NCBI GenBank assembly: GCA_046081745.1
Contig: JBJTWL010000093.1
Location: 1-48,822, forward strand
DNA from: Flavobacteriales bacterium
Lineage (GTDB): Bacteria > Bacteroidota > Bacteroidia > Flavobacteriales_D > Crocinitomicaceae
DNA length: 48,822 bases
Direction: 5' to 3'
The translations under genes and the position numbers were made by a program. The notes beneath the pieces are model-generated. The model did not search any database. It was not told the origin of the DNA and saw only the letters and a program-made list of their open reading frames with translations. Of the stretch, positions 10,681 to 20,159 are shown piece by piece. Positions within the stretch are counted from its first letter, which is position 1. Each line of letters starts with the position of its first letter.

Positions 10681-12192
10681 TTAATGTTTAAAATGTCTAA
10701 AGCCACTGAAAACCATTGACATTCCATGTTCATTACAATAGTCAATAGAGAGTTGGTCTTTTAACGATCCTCCCGGTTGAATTACTGCATTGATGCCTGC
10801 GGCATGAGCGATTTCCACACAATCGGGAAACGGAAAAAACGCATCACTTGCCATTACAGCGCCCGACAAATCAAATCCAAAAGTTTTTGCTTTTTCAATC
10901 GCTTGATTTAGGGCATCAACGCGAGAAGTTTGTCCGGTTCCACTTGCTAACAATTGATGATTTTTCACCAGTGCGATGGCATTGGATTTGGTGTGTTTGA
11001 CGATGGTATTCGCAAATAGAAGATCGTCAATTTCTTGCTCCTTCGGAGAAATTTTTGTTTGAATGGTTAAGTCCTCTTTCTGAACCGTTTTCAGATCAAA
11101 ATCTTGAATTAATGCACCATTAAGAATGCTTCTGGTGCTTTTCTTGGGAGAAACGAACGATTTTTGTTCTAAAAGAATTCTGTTTTTCTTTTGTGTAAGT
11201 AACGTTAGCGCTTCCGGTTCAAATTTCGGAGCGATAAGAATCTCAAAAAACAAGTCGTTTAAACGGATTGCTGCGTCATGCGTAATGAGTTGATTGGAAA
11301 TCAATACGCCTCCAAAGGCGCTAATTGGATCTGCTTCTAATGCTCTTTGGTAGGCATTCAAAACGCTTACACCCGCCGCAATACCACAGGCATTATTGTG
11401 CTTAATAATCGCGAACATTGGGGTCTCAGGCGAAAAATCTTGAATTAGTCGAACCGCCGCATCTACATCCAAAAGGTTGTTATATGAAAGTTCTTTACCT
11501 GCTAGTTTATTGAATATTTCAGTAAGGTTTCCTTTAAATATAGCTTCTTGATGAGGGTTTTCTCCATAACGCAAGGAAGATTCAGAAGACCGCCCATTAA
11601 TTTTTGAGAAATACGACGCAATGGCTAAATCATACGTTGAGGTAATACCAAATGCTTCTTCTGCCAATAATCGCCGCTGTTCAAGGGTGGTTTCTCCCCG
11701 TTGTTCATCAATTAGTTTCGCGACGACTTGATATTGTGTTTTAGCTGAAACCACCACCACATCTTTATGGTTTTTCGCAGCTGCTCGAAGTAAAGACACT
11801 CCCCCTATGTCTATTTTTTCAATAATATCAGCATGGTTTGTTGTGTTTTTAAGGGTTTCCTCAAAGGGATATAAATCAACCACAACAAGATCAATGGGTT
11901 GAATTCCATGTGCTACTAAGGATTGCTCATCTCGTTCTAGGCCTCGTTGATATAAAATCCCACCAAATACCCCCGGATGCAATGTCTTAACACGGCCCCC
12001 TAAAATTTCTGGAAAATGAGTTAAAGAATCCACCGGAATAACCGGAATTCCCAACCCTTCAATATGGCTTAGGGTTCCTCCTGTTGAATAAAGCGTTATG
12101 TTGTGTTTATGTAAGGTTTGCACCAGAATGTCCAGTCCATCCTTGTAATAAACTGAAATTAATGCCGAATGAATCGGTTTATTTTCGCTCAT
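10681..12192 (-). CDS. purH: bifunctional AICAR transformylase / IMP cyclohydrolase
   Basis: PurH-like throughout (ALISVYYKDGL..., GGRVKTLHP, ...FSGFRHFKH at the C-terminus). Start placed at the ATG at 12192 (MSENKPIHSALISV). A TAACTTTG promoter box at 12219-12226 lies inside the longer track ORF. Confidence 0.9.
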   Translation of the reverse strand: MSENKPIHSALISVYYKDGLDILVQTLHKHNITLYSTGGTLSHIEGLGIPVIPVDSLTHFPEILGGRVKTLHPGVFGGILYQRGLERDEQSLVAHGIQPIDLVVVDLYPFEETLKNTTNHADIIEKIDIGGVSLLRAAAKNHKDVVVVSAKTQYQVVAKLIDEQRGETTLEQRRLLAEEAFGITSTYDLAIASYFSKINGRSSESSLRYGENPHQEAIFKGNLTEIFNKLAGKELSYNNLLDVDAAVRLIQDFSPETPMFAIIKHNNACGIAAGVSVLNAYQRALEADPISAFGGVLISNQLITHDAAIRLNDLFFEILIAPKFEPEALTLLTQKKNRILLEQKSFVSPKKSTRSILNGALIQDFDLKTVQKEDLTIQTKISPKEQEIDDLLFANTIVKHTKSNAIALVKNHQLLASGTGQTSRVDALNQAIEKAKTFGFDLSGAVMASDAFFPFPDCVEIAHAAGINAVIQPGGSLKDQLSIDYCNEHGMSMVFSGFRHFKH

Positions 12193-12218
12193 AGCATGTA
12201 GAAATTGTAATGAAGCTG

Positions 12219-12226
12219 CAAAGTTA
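12219..12226 (-). promoter_or_regulatory. Bacteroidota sigma-A -7 box (TAACTTTG) for purH and possibly the whole downstream array
   Basis: Exact TAnnTTTG match on the minus strand, 26 nt upstream of the purH ATG. Confidence 0.45.
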
Positions 12227-12291
12227 CAGATTAAAGTGTGTTTCAAAATAAAATGATGTTAACAAAACGTAACATTTCATTAATCTTTCGG

Positions 12292-12299
12292 TAATTTTG
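12292..12299 (+). promoter_or_regulatory. -7 box (TAATTTTG) in front of the LTA-synthase-family gene
   Basis: Exact TAnnTTTG on the plus strand. It overlaps the TTG used as the ORF-track start (12297-12299). Near matches TAACATTTc (12270) and TAATCTTTc (12281) lie just upstream. Confidence 0.3.
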
Positions 12300-14192
12300 A
12301 GGGTGTTAAATACTCGACGCCTTGGCTTTCTCTATGGGTCCTTGTTTTTAGGATGGATTCTTGTCTTTTTTATTCAGCGGTTGATTTTTCTTGGCTATTA
12401 CAGCACTCGGTTTTTCCCCATGGAAAGATGGGATGTTTTTAAGGCATTATATGCCGGACTTCGCTTAGATCTTTCTACGGCAGGATACTTAATGATCCTT
12501 CCGGTATTAACCTTAATCCTGCGTTTTTTCTTTTCGGATCAACTGTTTTTAAAAACACTAAAGGGAATAGTTTTCCTTGAATTATTCATGTTGAGTATAA
12601 TACATGCCGGTGAAATAGCGGCTTACAGTGAATGGGGGCATAAATTATCTTCAAGGGTTTTTATGCATTTATTGAATCCAGATGAGGTAATGAGAACCAC
12701 CGGCTTCAGTAAAGGCGCCTTGAGTTTTTTGATTATTCTCATAGAGTTGTTTAGTACTGTGTTCTTGATTAATCGTGTTTTTCACCGGGTTGTGACCCCA
12801 GATGTACCGGATAAGGCAGTCTCAAAGGGCATGTTATATATAGTTAATGGTTTCGGGTTACCCCTAGGGTTAGCTTTTTCTTTTTTGCTCATGCGCGGAG
12901 GATTTCAACAAATCCCGATAAACATTGATGCTGCGTATTTCTCAAATCAGGCGATTCTAAATGATTTATCTGTCAATTCTGCATATTATTTCGGTAACAG
13001 CTTTTTTCTATTTAATAAGTCGGACATTGAACATCATATTAAATCATCACTTTCGCAACAAGAACAGGAATTGGTTGATGCGTATTATCGCTGGCACCCA
13101 TCTCATGCACGCTTGTTCAAGGTCAAGAAACCCAATGTGGTTTTTATTATTTTCGAGGGTTGGAGCGCCCATGGTGTCGGTGCAATAAGTGGAAAGAAGT
13201 CTGCCACGCCATTTTTTGATCGATTGAGTAAAAACGGCCTGCTGTTCACCAAAATGTATGCTGCTAACACAACCTCGGAAATTGGAAACGCCACAATCTT
13301 TTCTGGATTTACAGGGGTTCCTGAGTGTCCATTGCCTTTGTACATTGAAAAGCATCGAAATGTTTCCACCCTTTCTGATTTATTAAATAAAAAAGGGTAT
13401 TCGTCTTCGTATCTATTCAGTGGCGATTTGAAATATGGAAACATTAAAGGGTTTTTAACCGAACATAGTTTTGATCGATTACGGGATGAGAACGACTTTA
13501 ACCCCTCCCTCCCTAAGGGGAAACTGAATTATTATGATTCGGATTTATATGAGAAGTTTTTGCGTGAAATCCAATTGAATAAACCCCCCTTTTTGGCTTG
13601 TGCGTTCACGGGAAGCACCCATTTCCCGTATGATTGTCCGATGAAGAAGTTTCCATTCCAAGGGGAAGAGTCCGATTATTTAAATTCAATGGTATATGCG
13701 GATGATTGTTTAAAGCAGTTTTTTGCCCAGGCAAAGAAATCGGCATGGTACAAGAATACGGTGTTTGTGTTGGTTTCTGATCACGGCCATAATTCACCCG
13801 GGATTGCATCCCCATATTTAACAGAAACTTTTAGAATTCCTTGCCTACTAGTAGGGCCGGCGCTACATGAAAATTTTCGTGGTATTAAAATAAACCGGGC
13901 TTTTTCACAAGGTGATTTGGCGGCCACCTTGGCTGAACAGTTGAATTTAGATGCTGGTAAATTCCCATTTAGCAGGAATATGTTGAGCATGAACACGGTA
14001 GAAGGAGCCTTTATTTCCACGATAAGAGGATTTGGTTTTGTAAACGCTAAAGGGGGGCACATATACAATGTTGATGCTAAAGAAGTGGTATATGATTCGT
14101 ATGAAAACAAGAAGGAACTAACGAAAAACAGGCGTCTTTCGAACGCCTGTTTATATCGCTTATTTTCCTATTTCAATAAAATGGATAAGTAG
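12297..14192 (+). CDS. LTA synthase / phosphoglycerol- or phosphoethanolamine-transferase family membrane protein (alkaline-phosphatase superfamily)
   Basis: 631 aa with an N-terminal multi-TM region and a C-terminal sulfatase-fold domain (VVFIIFEGWSA, TSEIGNATIFSG, VLVSDHGHN). The exact start is uncertain: TTG 12297 or GTG 12303. Confidence 0.75.
   Translation: MRVLNTRRLGFLYGSLFLGWILVFFIQRLIFLGYYSTRFFPMERWDVFKALYAGLRLDLSTAGYLMILPVLTLILRFFFSDQLFLKTLKGIVFLELFMLSIIHAGEIAAYSEWGHKLSSRVFMHLLNPDEVMRTTGFSKGALSFLIILIELFSTVFLINRVFHRVVTPDVPDKAVSKGMLYIVNGFGLPLGLAFSFLLMRGGFQQIPINIDAAYFSNQAILNDLSVNSAYYFGNSFFLFNKSDIEHHIKSSLSQQEQELVDAYYRWHPSHARLFKVKKPNVVFIIFEGWSAHGVGAISGKKSATPFFDRLSKNGLLFTKMYAANTTSEIGNATIFSGFTGVPECPLPLYIEKHRNVSTLSDLLNKKGYSSSYLFSGDLKYGNIKGFLTEHSFDRLRDENDFNPSLPKGKLNYYDSDLYEKFLREIQLNKPPFLACAFTGSTHFPYDCPMKKFPFQGEESDYLNSMVYADDCLKQFFAQAKKSAWYKNTVFVLVSDHGHNSPGIASPYLTETFRIPCLLVGPALHENFRGIKINRAFSQGDLAATLAEQLNLDAGKFPFSRNMLSMNTVEGAFISTIRGFGFVNAKGGHIYNVDAKEVVYDSYENKKELTKNRRLSNACLYRLFSYFNKMDK
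14121..14152 (-). terminator. intrinsic terminator for nrdBA, embedded in the 3' end of the convergent CDS
   Basis: 10-bp perfect stem aaacaggcgt (14126-14135) / acgcctgttt (14143-14152) with a 7-nt loop. On the minus strand the stem is followed by TTTTTCGT. It lies 47 nt downstream of the nrdA stop. Confidence 0.5.
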
Positions 14193-14198
14193 ATTTTT

Positions 14199-16562
14199 CT
14201 ATCCTGAACACATTTCACAGCTGTCTGGATTTTCCAATGAACATGCAATCTGTGCTTGTTGTTCTTCCAATGATTTCGAAGCCGGTTCTTCTACTACACT
14301 TTTATCTATGGTAAATTTGATTGCGTCGGTTGCCGCTTTTGTACGCAGATAGTACATACCCGTTTTTAAACCTTTCTCCCAACCATAAAAATGCATGGAA
14401 GTCAATTTACCGAAGTTTGCTTGCTCCATGAAAATATTTAACGACTGACTTTGACAAATATAAGCGCCACGGTCAGCTGCCTGATCGATGATTGCTTTTT
14501 GAGAAATTTCCCATGCTGTTTTGTAAAGTTCTTTGAGACGGGCTGGAATTTCAGGAATATTTTGAACAGATCCATTGGCCGCCATTATTTTTTGACGCAT
14601 TTCCATGTTCCAAAGTCCTTCTTTAACGAGGTCTTTTAATAAATGTTTGTTAACAATAATGAATTCTCCCGAAAGCACACGTCGGGTATAAATATTCGAA
14701 GTGTACGGCTCGAAACACTCATTATTTCCAAGGATTTGAGCGGTTGAAGCGGTTGGCATTGGGGCTAACAACAAGGAGTTTCTTACCCCGTGCTTTTTAA
14801 CTTCTTCTTTCAAGACATCCCATTCCCAGCGTGAAGTTGGAGTAACTCCCCACATATCAAATTGAAACACCCCTTTGGATACCGGAGACCCAGCAAATGT
14901 AGAGTATGCCCCTTCTTTGATCGCCAAGTCTTTTGAGGCGGTCATAGAGGCAAAGTAAATGGTTTCAAAGACTTCTCGGTTAAGCGCTCTAGCCTCGTCT
15001 GATTCAAAAGGGAGCCCCATTAAAATGAAGGTATCGGCTAATCCCTGTACCCCAAGACCAATTGGTCTGTGACGAAGGTTAGAGTTTTTCGCCTCTTCAA
15101 CAGGGTAATAATTCTCATCAATAATTTTGTTTAGGTTCAGCGTTGCCTGATAGGTAACTTCAAAAAGTTTATCGTGATCAAAAGCACCTTGTTCTGTCAC
15201 ATACTTAGGCAATGCTAATGAGGCAAGGTTACAAACGGCAACCTCATCGGGTGCTGTATATTCAATGATTTCAGTACAAAGGTTAGATGATTTAATTACT
15301 CCTAAGTTCTGTTGATTAGATTTTGCATTCGCCGCATCTTTGTATAACATATAAGGAGTTCCGGTCTCTATTTGAGATTCAAGAATTTTAAACCATAAAT
15401 CTTGTGCATTGATGGTTTTTCTTCCTTTTCCTTCTGCTTCATATTTAGTATAAAGCGCTTCAAATTCTTCGCTGTGTGTATCCGCTAATCCAGGACATTC
15501 ATGCGGACACATTAAGGTCCATGTTTCGTTATTCTTAACGCGTTTCATGAATAAATCTGGAATCCAAAGCGCGAAAAATAAATCACGGGCACGTTGTTCT
15601 TCTTTACCATGATTCTTTTTGAGGTCCAAAAAGTCGAAAACATCCGCATGCCATGGTTCAAGATAGATTGCAAATGAACCTTTTCGCTTGCCGCCGCCTT
15701 GATCTACGTATCGTGCAGTGTCGTTAAATACCCGAAGCATCGGAACAATACCGTTTGAGGTCCCATTGGTACCTTTAATGTAGGATCCCGTTGCTCTAAT
15801 ATTGTGGATAGACAATCCAATTCCCCCGGCGGATTGTGAAATTTGCGCACAAGATTTTAAGGTGTCGTAAATACCGGGAATACTGTCTTCTTTCATAGTT
15901 AATAAAAAGCAAGAAGACATTTGAGGTTTTGGTGTTCCCGAGTTAAATAGGGTTGGTGTTGCGTGAGTAAACCATCCTTCCGACATTAAATTATAGGTGG
16001 CTATCGCCGACTTTATGTCATCCTTATGAATTCCCAAAGAGACCCGCATTAGCATGTGTTGAGGACGCTCTGCAATTTTCCCCTCGAGTTTCATTAGGTA
16101 TGATCTCGTTAGTGTTTTAAACCCGAAATAGTCATATCTAAAATCACGATCATAAATAATGCTGGAATCAAGGGTCTCTCGATTATTAACGACAACCTGG
16201 TATACTTCTTCGGATAACAATGCGGCAGACTGTCCTGTTTTTGGATCTACATATTCATATAAATCTGTCATAACATCGGAAAAGGTCTTTTTCGTTTCTT
16301 TATGAAGATTAGAAACTGCAATTCTAGAAGCCAATAAGGCATAGTCTGGGTGTTCTGTTGTTTTCGCCGCTGCAACTTCCGCTGCTAAATTATCAAGTTC
16401 GGTCGTTGAAACCCCATCATAAAGCCCTTCAATAACCTTCATTGCCACAGCTTCTGGTGAAACTAAGGGGTCCAATCCGTAACACATTTTAATTACTCGT
16501 GCGGTGATTTTATCGAATTTAACCGCTTCTTTTCTTCCGTCTCTTTTAACTACGTACATCAC
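14199..16562 (-). CDS. nrdA: class Ia ribonucleoside-diphosphate reductase, alpha subunit
   Basis: 787 aa with an N-terminal ATP-cone ([22 protein letters not shown]), the catalytic-core motif SNLCTEI and a C-terminal redox Cys pair ([14 protein letters not shown]). Confidence 0.95.
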   Translation of the reverse strand: MMYVVKRDGRKEAVKFDKITARVIKMCYGLDPLVSPEAVAMKVIEGLYDGVSTTELDNLAAEVAAAKTTEHPDYALLASRIAVSNLHKETKKTFSDVMTDLYEYVDPKTGQSAALLSEEVYQVVVNNRETLDSSIIYDRDFRYDYFGFKTLTRSYLMKLEGKIAERPQHMLMRVSLGIHKDDIKSAIATYNLMSEGWFTHATPTLFNSGTPKPQMSSCFLLTMKEDSIPGIYDTLKSCAQISQSAGGIGLSIHNIRATGSYIKGTNGTSNGIVPMLRVFNDTARYVDQGGGKRKGSFAIYLEPWHADVFDFLDLKKNHGKEEQRARDLFFALWIPDLFMKRVKNNETWTLMCPHECPGLADTHSEEFEALYTKYEAEGKGRKTINAQDLWFKILESQIETGTPYMLYKDAANAKSNQQNLGVIKSSNLCTEIIEYTAPDEVAVCNLASLALPKYVTEQGAFDHDKLFEVTYQATLNLNKIIDENYYPVEEAKNSNLRHRPIGLGVQGLADTFILMGLPFESDEARALNREVFETIYFASMTASKDLAIKEGAYSTFAGSPVSKGVFQFDMWGVTPTSRWEWDVLKEEVKKHGVRNSLLLAPMPTASTAQILGNNECFEPYTSNIYTRRVLSGEFIIVNKHLLKDLVKEGLWNMEMRQKIMAANGSVQNIPEIPARLKELYKTAWEISQKAIIDQAADRGAYICQSQSLNIFMEQANFGKLTSMHFYGWEKGLKTGMYYLRTKAATDAIKFTIDKSVVEEPASKSLEEQQAQIACSLENPDSCEMCSG

Positions 16563-16579
16563 TTTTTCTTTTTCTTAAA

Positions 16580-17548
16580 TTAAAATTCTTCATCCAGCGT
16601 AAAACGTTGGGTTTCTTTATCGGACAGAACGCTTGCCTTTTGATATTCACCTACTCGTTTTTCAAAGAAATTTGTTTTCCCTTGAATTGAAATCATTTCC
16701 ATGAAGTCAAATGGATTCGATGTATTATATACGCGCTCATTGCCAAGTTCTACCAATAAGCGATCAGCAACGAATTCAATGTATTGACTCATCAAGTCGC
16801 TATTCATTCCAATAAGCTTAACAGGAAGTGCATCTGTTACAAATTCTTTTTCGATCTCAACCGCATCCATGATAATTTCACGCACTTGCTCTTTGGGTAA
16901 TTTGTTTACCAGATGTCTAGTATAGATTAAGCAAGCAAAATCGCAATGAAGGCCTTCGTCTCTTGAGATAAGTTCGTTGGAGAAAGAAAGTCCAGGCATT
17001 AACCCGCGTTTTTTTAGCCAGAAAATAGAACAAAAAGATCCAGAGAAGAAAATGCCCTCAACCGCTGCAAAAGCTACTAAACGCTCAGCAAACGAACCCT
17101 TATCAATCCATCTCAAAGCCCAATCCGCCTTTTTACGAACACAATCAAGGGTGTCAATGGCATTAAACAACCCTGCTTTCTCTGCAGAATCTTTGATGTA
17201 CGTATCGATTAATAATGAGTATGTTTCAGAATGGATGTTCTCTGCGGCTACTTGAAACCCATAGAAAAACTTAGCTTCCGTGTATTGAACTTCTGATAAA
17301 AAATGTTCTGCTAAGTTTTCATTAACAATACCATCTGACGCCGCAAAAAATGCAAGCACGTGTTTTACAAAATGACGCTCATCGTTGGTTAAACGCTCCC
17401 AGTCTACCAAATCCTGTGATAAATCAATTTCTTCGGCAGTCCAAAAACTTGCCTCGGCTTTTTTGTAAAAGCTCCAAATATCACTGTGCTCAATCGGAAA
17501 CAGCACAAAACGATTTTTATTCTCTGCTAAAATTGGTTCGTGGCTCAT
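16580..17548 (-). CDS. nrdB: class Ia ribonucleoside-diphosphate reductase, beta subunit
   Basis: 322 aa ferritin-like di-iron protein ([33 protein letters not shown]). The C-terminal tail ends FTLDEEF. Confidence 0.95.
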   Translation of the reverse strand: MSHEPILAENKNRFVLFPIEHSDIWSFYKKAEASFWTAEEIDLSQDLVDWERLTNDERHFVKHVLAFFAASDGIVNENLAEHFLSEVQYTEAKFFYGFQVAAENIHSETYSLLIDTYIKDSAEKAGLFNAIDTLDCVRKKADWALRWIDKGSFAERLVAFAAVEGIFFSGSFCSIFWLKKRGLMPGLSFSNELISRDEGLHCDFACLIYTRHLVNKLPKEQVREIIMDAVEIEKEFVTDALPVKLIGMNSDLMSQYIEFVADRLLVELGNERVYNTSNPFDFMEMISIQGKTNFFEKRVGEYQKASVLSDKETQRFTLDEEF

Positions 17549-17960
17549 GGTTATTTTTAATTTATTATTTCTAATTTTTTTGTGCGATAGCTCTCCCTAC
17601 AACCGATTCACGTCGACTCCGAATTAGCTAACAAAAAACATTGTTTCCTTTCTACCTACGGGAGCAATAAACTTGCTGTTTTAAAGTTTGTATAAAGGCT
17701 TACAAATTTTGTCAAAAAAAACGTTCAACACAATGCGATTTTTTCACCTTCTGCTTTTTGTCAACTGCTATTTAACCGCTATCCCTTAGTAGCACTTTGT
17801 TGCGTGATTTATTAACAACTTTTAAAAGTTATTAATACGCCAAAATTGAAAATTCTAAGCCGAAATTGACTTGATTTTTCGGTTTGACAAATCCGCCTAT
17901 AAACTTACCTCTTTTGGCAGGAGTAATTAGTGATTTATTGAATTCATTTTCAACATAAAG

Positions 17961-18668
17961 ATGTTTAATTCTTTGTTCAACAAATATGCGTTGATGGAGG
18001 GGTTTGTTAAACCCTTATTGCATCTGTTTTTTCCATTTCGTTGCCGCTCCTGTGGCCTTGAATTGCTTCGGAACGAATCCGTTCTTTGCTTGTTTTGTGA
18101 AACTGCTTTAGAATTCACCAGCAACCAGGCGGACCTCCCTACCTGTTTATCGACAGAAGCGATTGATTTACATTCGCTTTTTTATTACCGCAAAGATCGT
18201 TGTGCTCAATCATTGCTTCACGCTTTAAAATATGAGCACGAAAGCGACGCTTGTTCCTGGTGGGGACAGGTGTTTGCTAAAAGCCTTAAGGCTCAAGAGC
18301 TTGAAATACCCCCATATTTATTACCAGTTCCGCTGCACCCGCATAAAGAATTTTTACGCGGATACAATCAAAGTGCATGCATAGCCGAAGGAATACTAGC
18401 GATTTATCCCGCAGTTACCTTAAAACCAGACCTAATTAAACGGGTTAAAAATAGCCGTAGTCAAACCCGAAAGAATCGAGCCAACCGCTTGAATGATGTT
18501 AGCAACGTATTTGAATTAAATACTGAGGCATGGGGGAATATTTCTCATATTGGCTTGGTAGATGATGTAATTACCACGGGAGCGACATTGAAGGGGATTA
18601 TCGATCTTATTAAATCTAGTCATCCCCATGTTCGAATTACTATCTTTGTTTTGGCGGTAACCAAATAA
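17961..18668 (+). CDS. comF: ComF-family protein (phosphoribosyltransferase domain with N-terminal Cys4 finger)
   Basis: 235 aa. CRSCG...CLFCE zinc-finger-like pairs, and the PRT motif GLVDDVITTGATL. Confidence 0.8.
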   Translation: MFNSLFNKYALMEGFVKPLLHLFFPFRCRSCGLELLRNESVLCLFCETALEFTSNQADLPTCLSTEAIDLHSLFYYRKDRCAQSLLHALKYEHESDACSWWGQVFAKSLKAQELEIPPYLLPVPLHPHKEFLRGYNQSACIAEGILAIYPAVTLKPDLIKRVKNSRSQTRKNRANRLNDVSNVFELNTEAWGNISHIGLVDDVITTGATLKGIIDLIKSSHPHVRITIFVLAVTK

Positions 18669-18669
18669 C

Positions 18670-19698
18670 ATGCATAAGAAATTTCTAATCGTTGGCGGTG
18701 GAGTAGCGGGTGTTTGCCTTGCTCATCAATTAATAAAACAAAATCATCAAATTACGCTTGTTGATGCCGGAAACAATATTTGTTCTGTCGTTGCTGCAGG
18801 AATTGTCCACCCGATGTCGTTCCGGAGAACCTTGCTTTCATGGCGAGCAAACCCTTTTTATTTTGAGTCGAAAGCTTTCTATATGGAGTTGGAATCCGTA
18901 TTAAATGCAAGATTTTTTCACCCAATCATGGTTCGACGTTTATTCGCTACAACAGAAGAAGAGGTTTGTTGGAAGGAGCGCCTGGAAGACCCTGAATTCA
19001 AGCCATTCATGCATCAAATTGCTGCAGAAGATATTGCGTTCAAGCCCCATGGCTCGGGTAGGGTAGATGGATTTTGGATTGATGCACCGGTGTTTATTTC
19101 AGAGAGTCACCGCTTTTTTTCGGAGCATCAACGGCTTATAAATGACACCATTACAGCAGATAATTTTAATCCTGAAACCTTGGAGTTTAATGGGGATAGG
19201 TATGATGCCGTAGTGTTTGCTACGGGCTATAAAAACAAGCAAACCCCATGGTTTTCAGATGTACCGATTAATTCCACGAAAGGCCAATTGTTAACGGTTA
19301 AATGGAACAATCCAATACAAAACACATCTTTACATCGTAAAGCATTTGCCTTACCAATCGGCAACAATGAGTTTAGAGTCGGGTCGACGTATGAATGGCA
19401 CAATGATGTACCCGAGGCTACACCCGAAGGAAGGGCGTTAATATTAGCTAACGCAAAGTCCATAACAGCGGATTCCCTGGATGTAATCGCTCATTCAGCA
19501 GGCATTAGACCAACCACTCCAGACCGAAGACCAATGGTTGGTAAACACACCTCGTATGAACGAGTGTTTATGTTCAACGGATTGGGGGCAAAGGGTTATA
19601 TGCTTGCGCCACCCTTAGCCGCTGCGCTCAGTAGCGCAATAATTAATGACATTGATGTGACGCCAGATCTTCACCCCTATCGATTTAATACTAAGTAA
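18670..19698 (+). CDS. FAD-dependent oxidoreductase (DAO / glycine-oxidase-like family)
   Basis: 342 aa with an N-terminal Rossmann dinucleotide motif FLIVGGGVAGVCLA. The start is 1 nt after the comF stop. Substrate unknown. Confidence 0.7.
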   Translation: MHKKFLIVGGGVAGVCLAHQLIKQNHQITLVDAGNNICSVVAAGIVHPMSFRRTLLSWRANPFYFESKAFYMELESVLNARFFHPIMVRRLFATTEEEVCWKERLEDPEFKPFMHQIAAEDIAFKPHGSGRVDGFWIDAPVFISESHRFFSEHQRLINDTITADNFNPETLEFNGDRYDAVVFATGYKNKQTPWFSDVPINSTKGQLLTVKWNNPIQNTSLHRKAFALPIGNNEFRVGSTYEWHNDVPEATPEGRALILANAKSITADSLDVIAHSAGIRPTTPDRRPMVGKHTSYERVFMFNGLGAKGYMLAPPLAAALSSAIINDIDVTPDLHPYRFNTK

Positions 19699-19718
19699 CT
19701 TTCGATACCTTTGTACCT

Positions 19719-20159
19719 ATGATTGAAAAGGAAGAAAAGCAGGCGCGTTACGATCGGGCATATTTACGGCTTGCCCAAAATTGGGCCATGTTATCGCACT
19801 GCACCCGCAAAAAAGTAGGGGCAATCATTGTTAAAGACCGGATGATCATATCTGACGGGTATAATGGCACCCCTTCTGGATTTTCAAATGCCTGTGAAAA
19901 TAACGAGGGAGAAACTCATTGGTATGTGCTACACGCGGAAGCAAATGCCATTTTAAAAGTGGCAAAATCCACCAATAATACAGAGGGGTCAACATTATAT
20001 TTGACTCATTCGCCGTGCAAGGACTGTAGTAAATTAATTCTTCAATCAGGAATTAAACGAGTGGTTTATATGGAAGCTTACAAAGACCCAAGCGGATTAA
20101 CGTTTTTAACCGATGCAGGAGTAGAAATCACACAAATTAACGAGATAGATCATGTCTGA
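19719..20159 (+). CDS. comEB: deoxycytidylate (dCMP) deaminase, ComEB type
   Basis: 146 aa with zinc-deaminase motifs HAEANA and PCKDCSK. Confidence 0.9.
   Translation: MIEKEEKQARYDRAYLRLAQNWAMLSHCTRKKVGAIIVKDRMIISDGYNGTPSGFSNACENNEGETHWYVLHAEANAILKVAKSTNNTEGSTLYLTHSPCKDCSKLILQSGIKRVVYMEAYKDPSGLTFLTDAGVEITQINEIDHV

Noticed and set aside
12297-14192. Calling this gene an arylsulfatase.
   Set aside because: The N-terminal multi-TM region plus a periplasmic alkaline-phosphatase-fold domain matches the LTA-synthase / phosphotransferase architecture. I did not see the Cys/Ser-x-P-x-R formylglycine motif.
17549-17960. A cobalamin riboswitch or NrdR boxes upstream of nrdBA.
   Set aside because: The minus-strand leader contains GGTGAAAAAATCG, which vaguely recalls part of the B12 riboswitch core. 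However, the B12 box (GCCACTG) and the flanking conserved stems are absent on both strands, and no palindromic NrdR-type box pair is visible. The region is kept only as an unexplained long upstream region.
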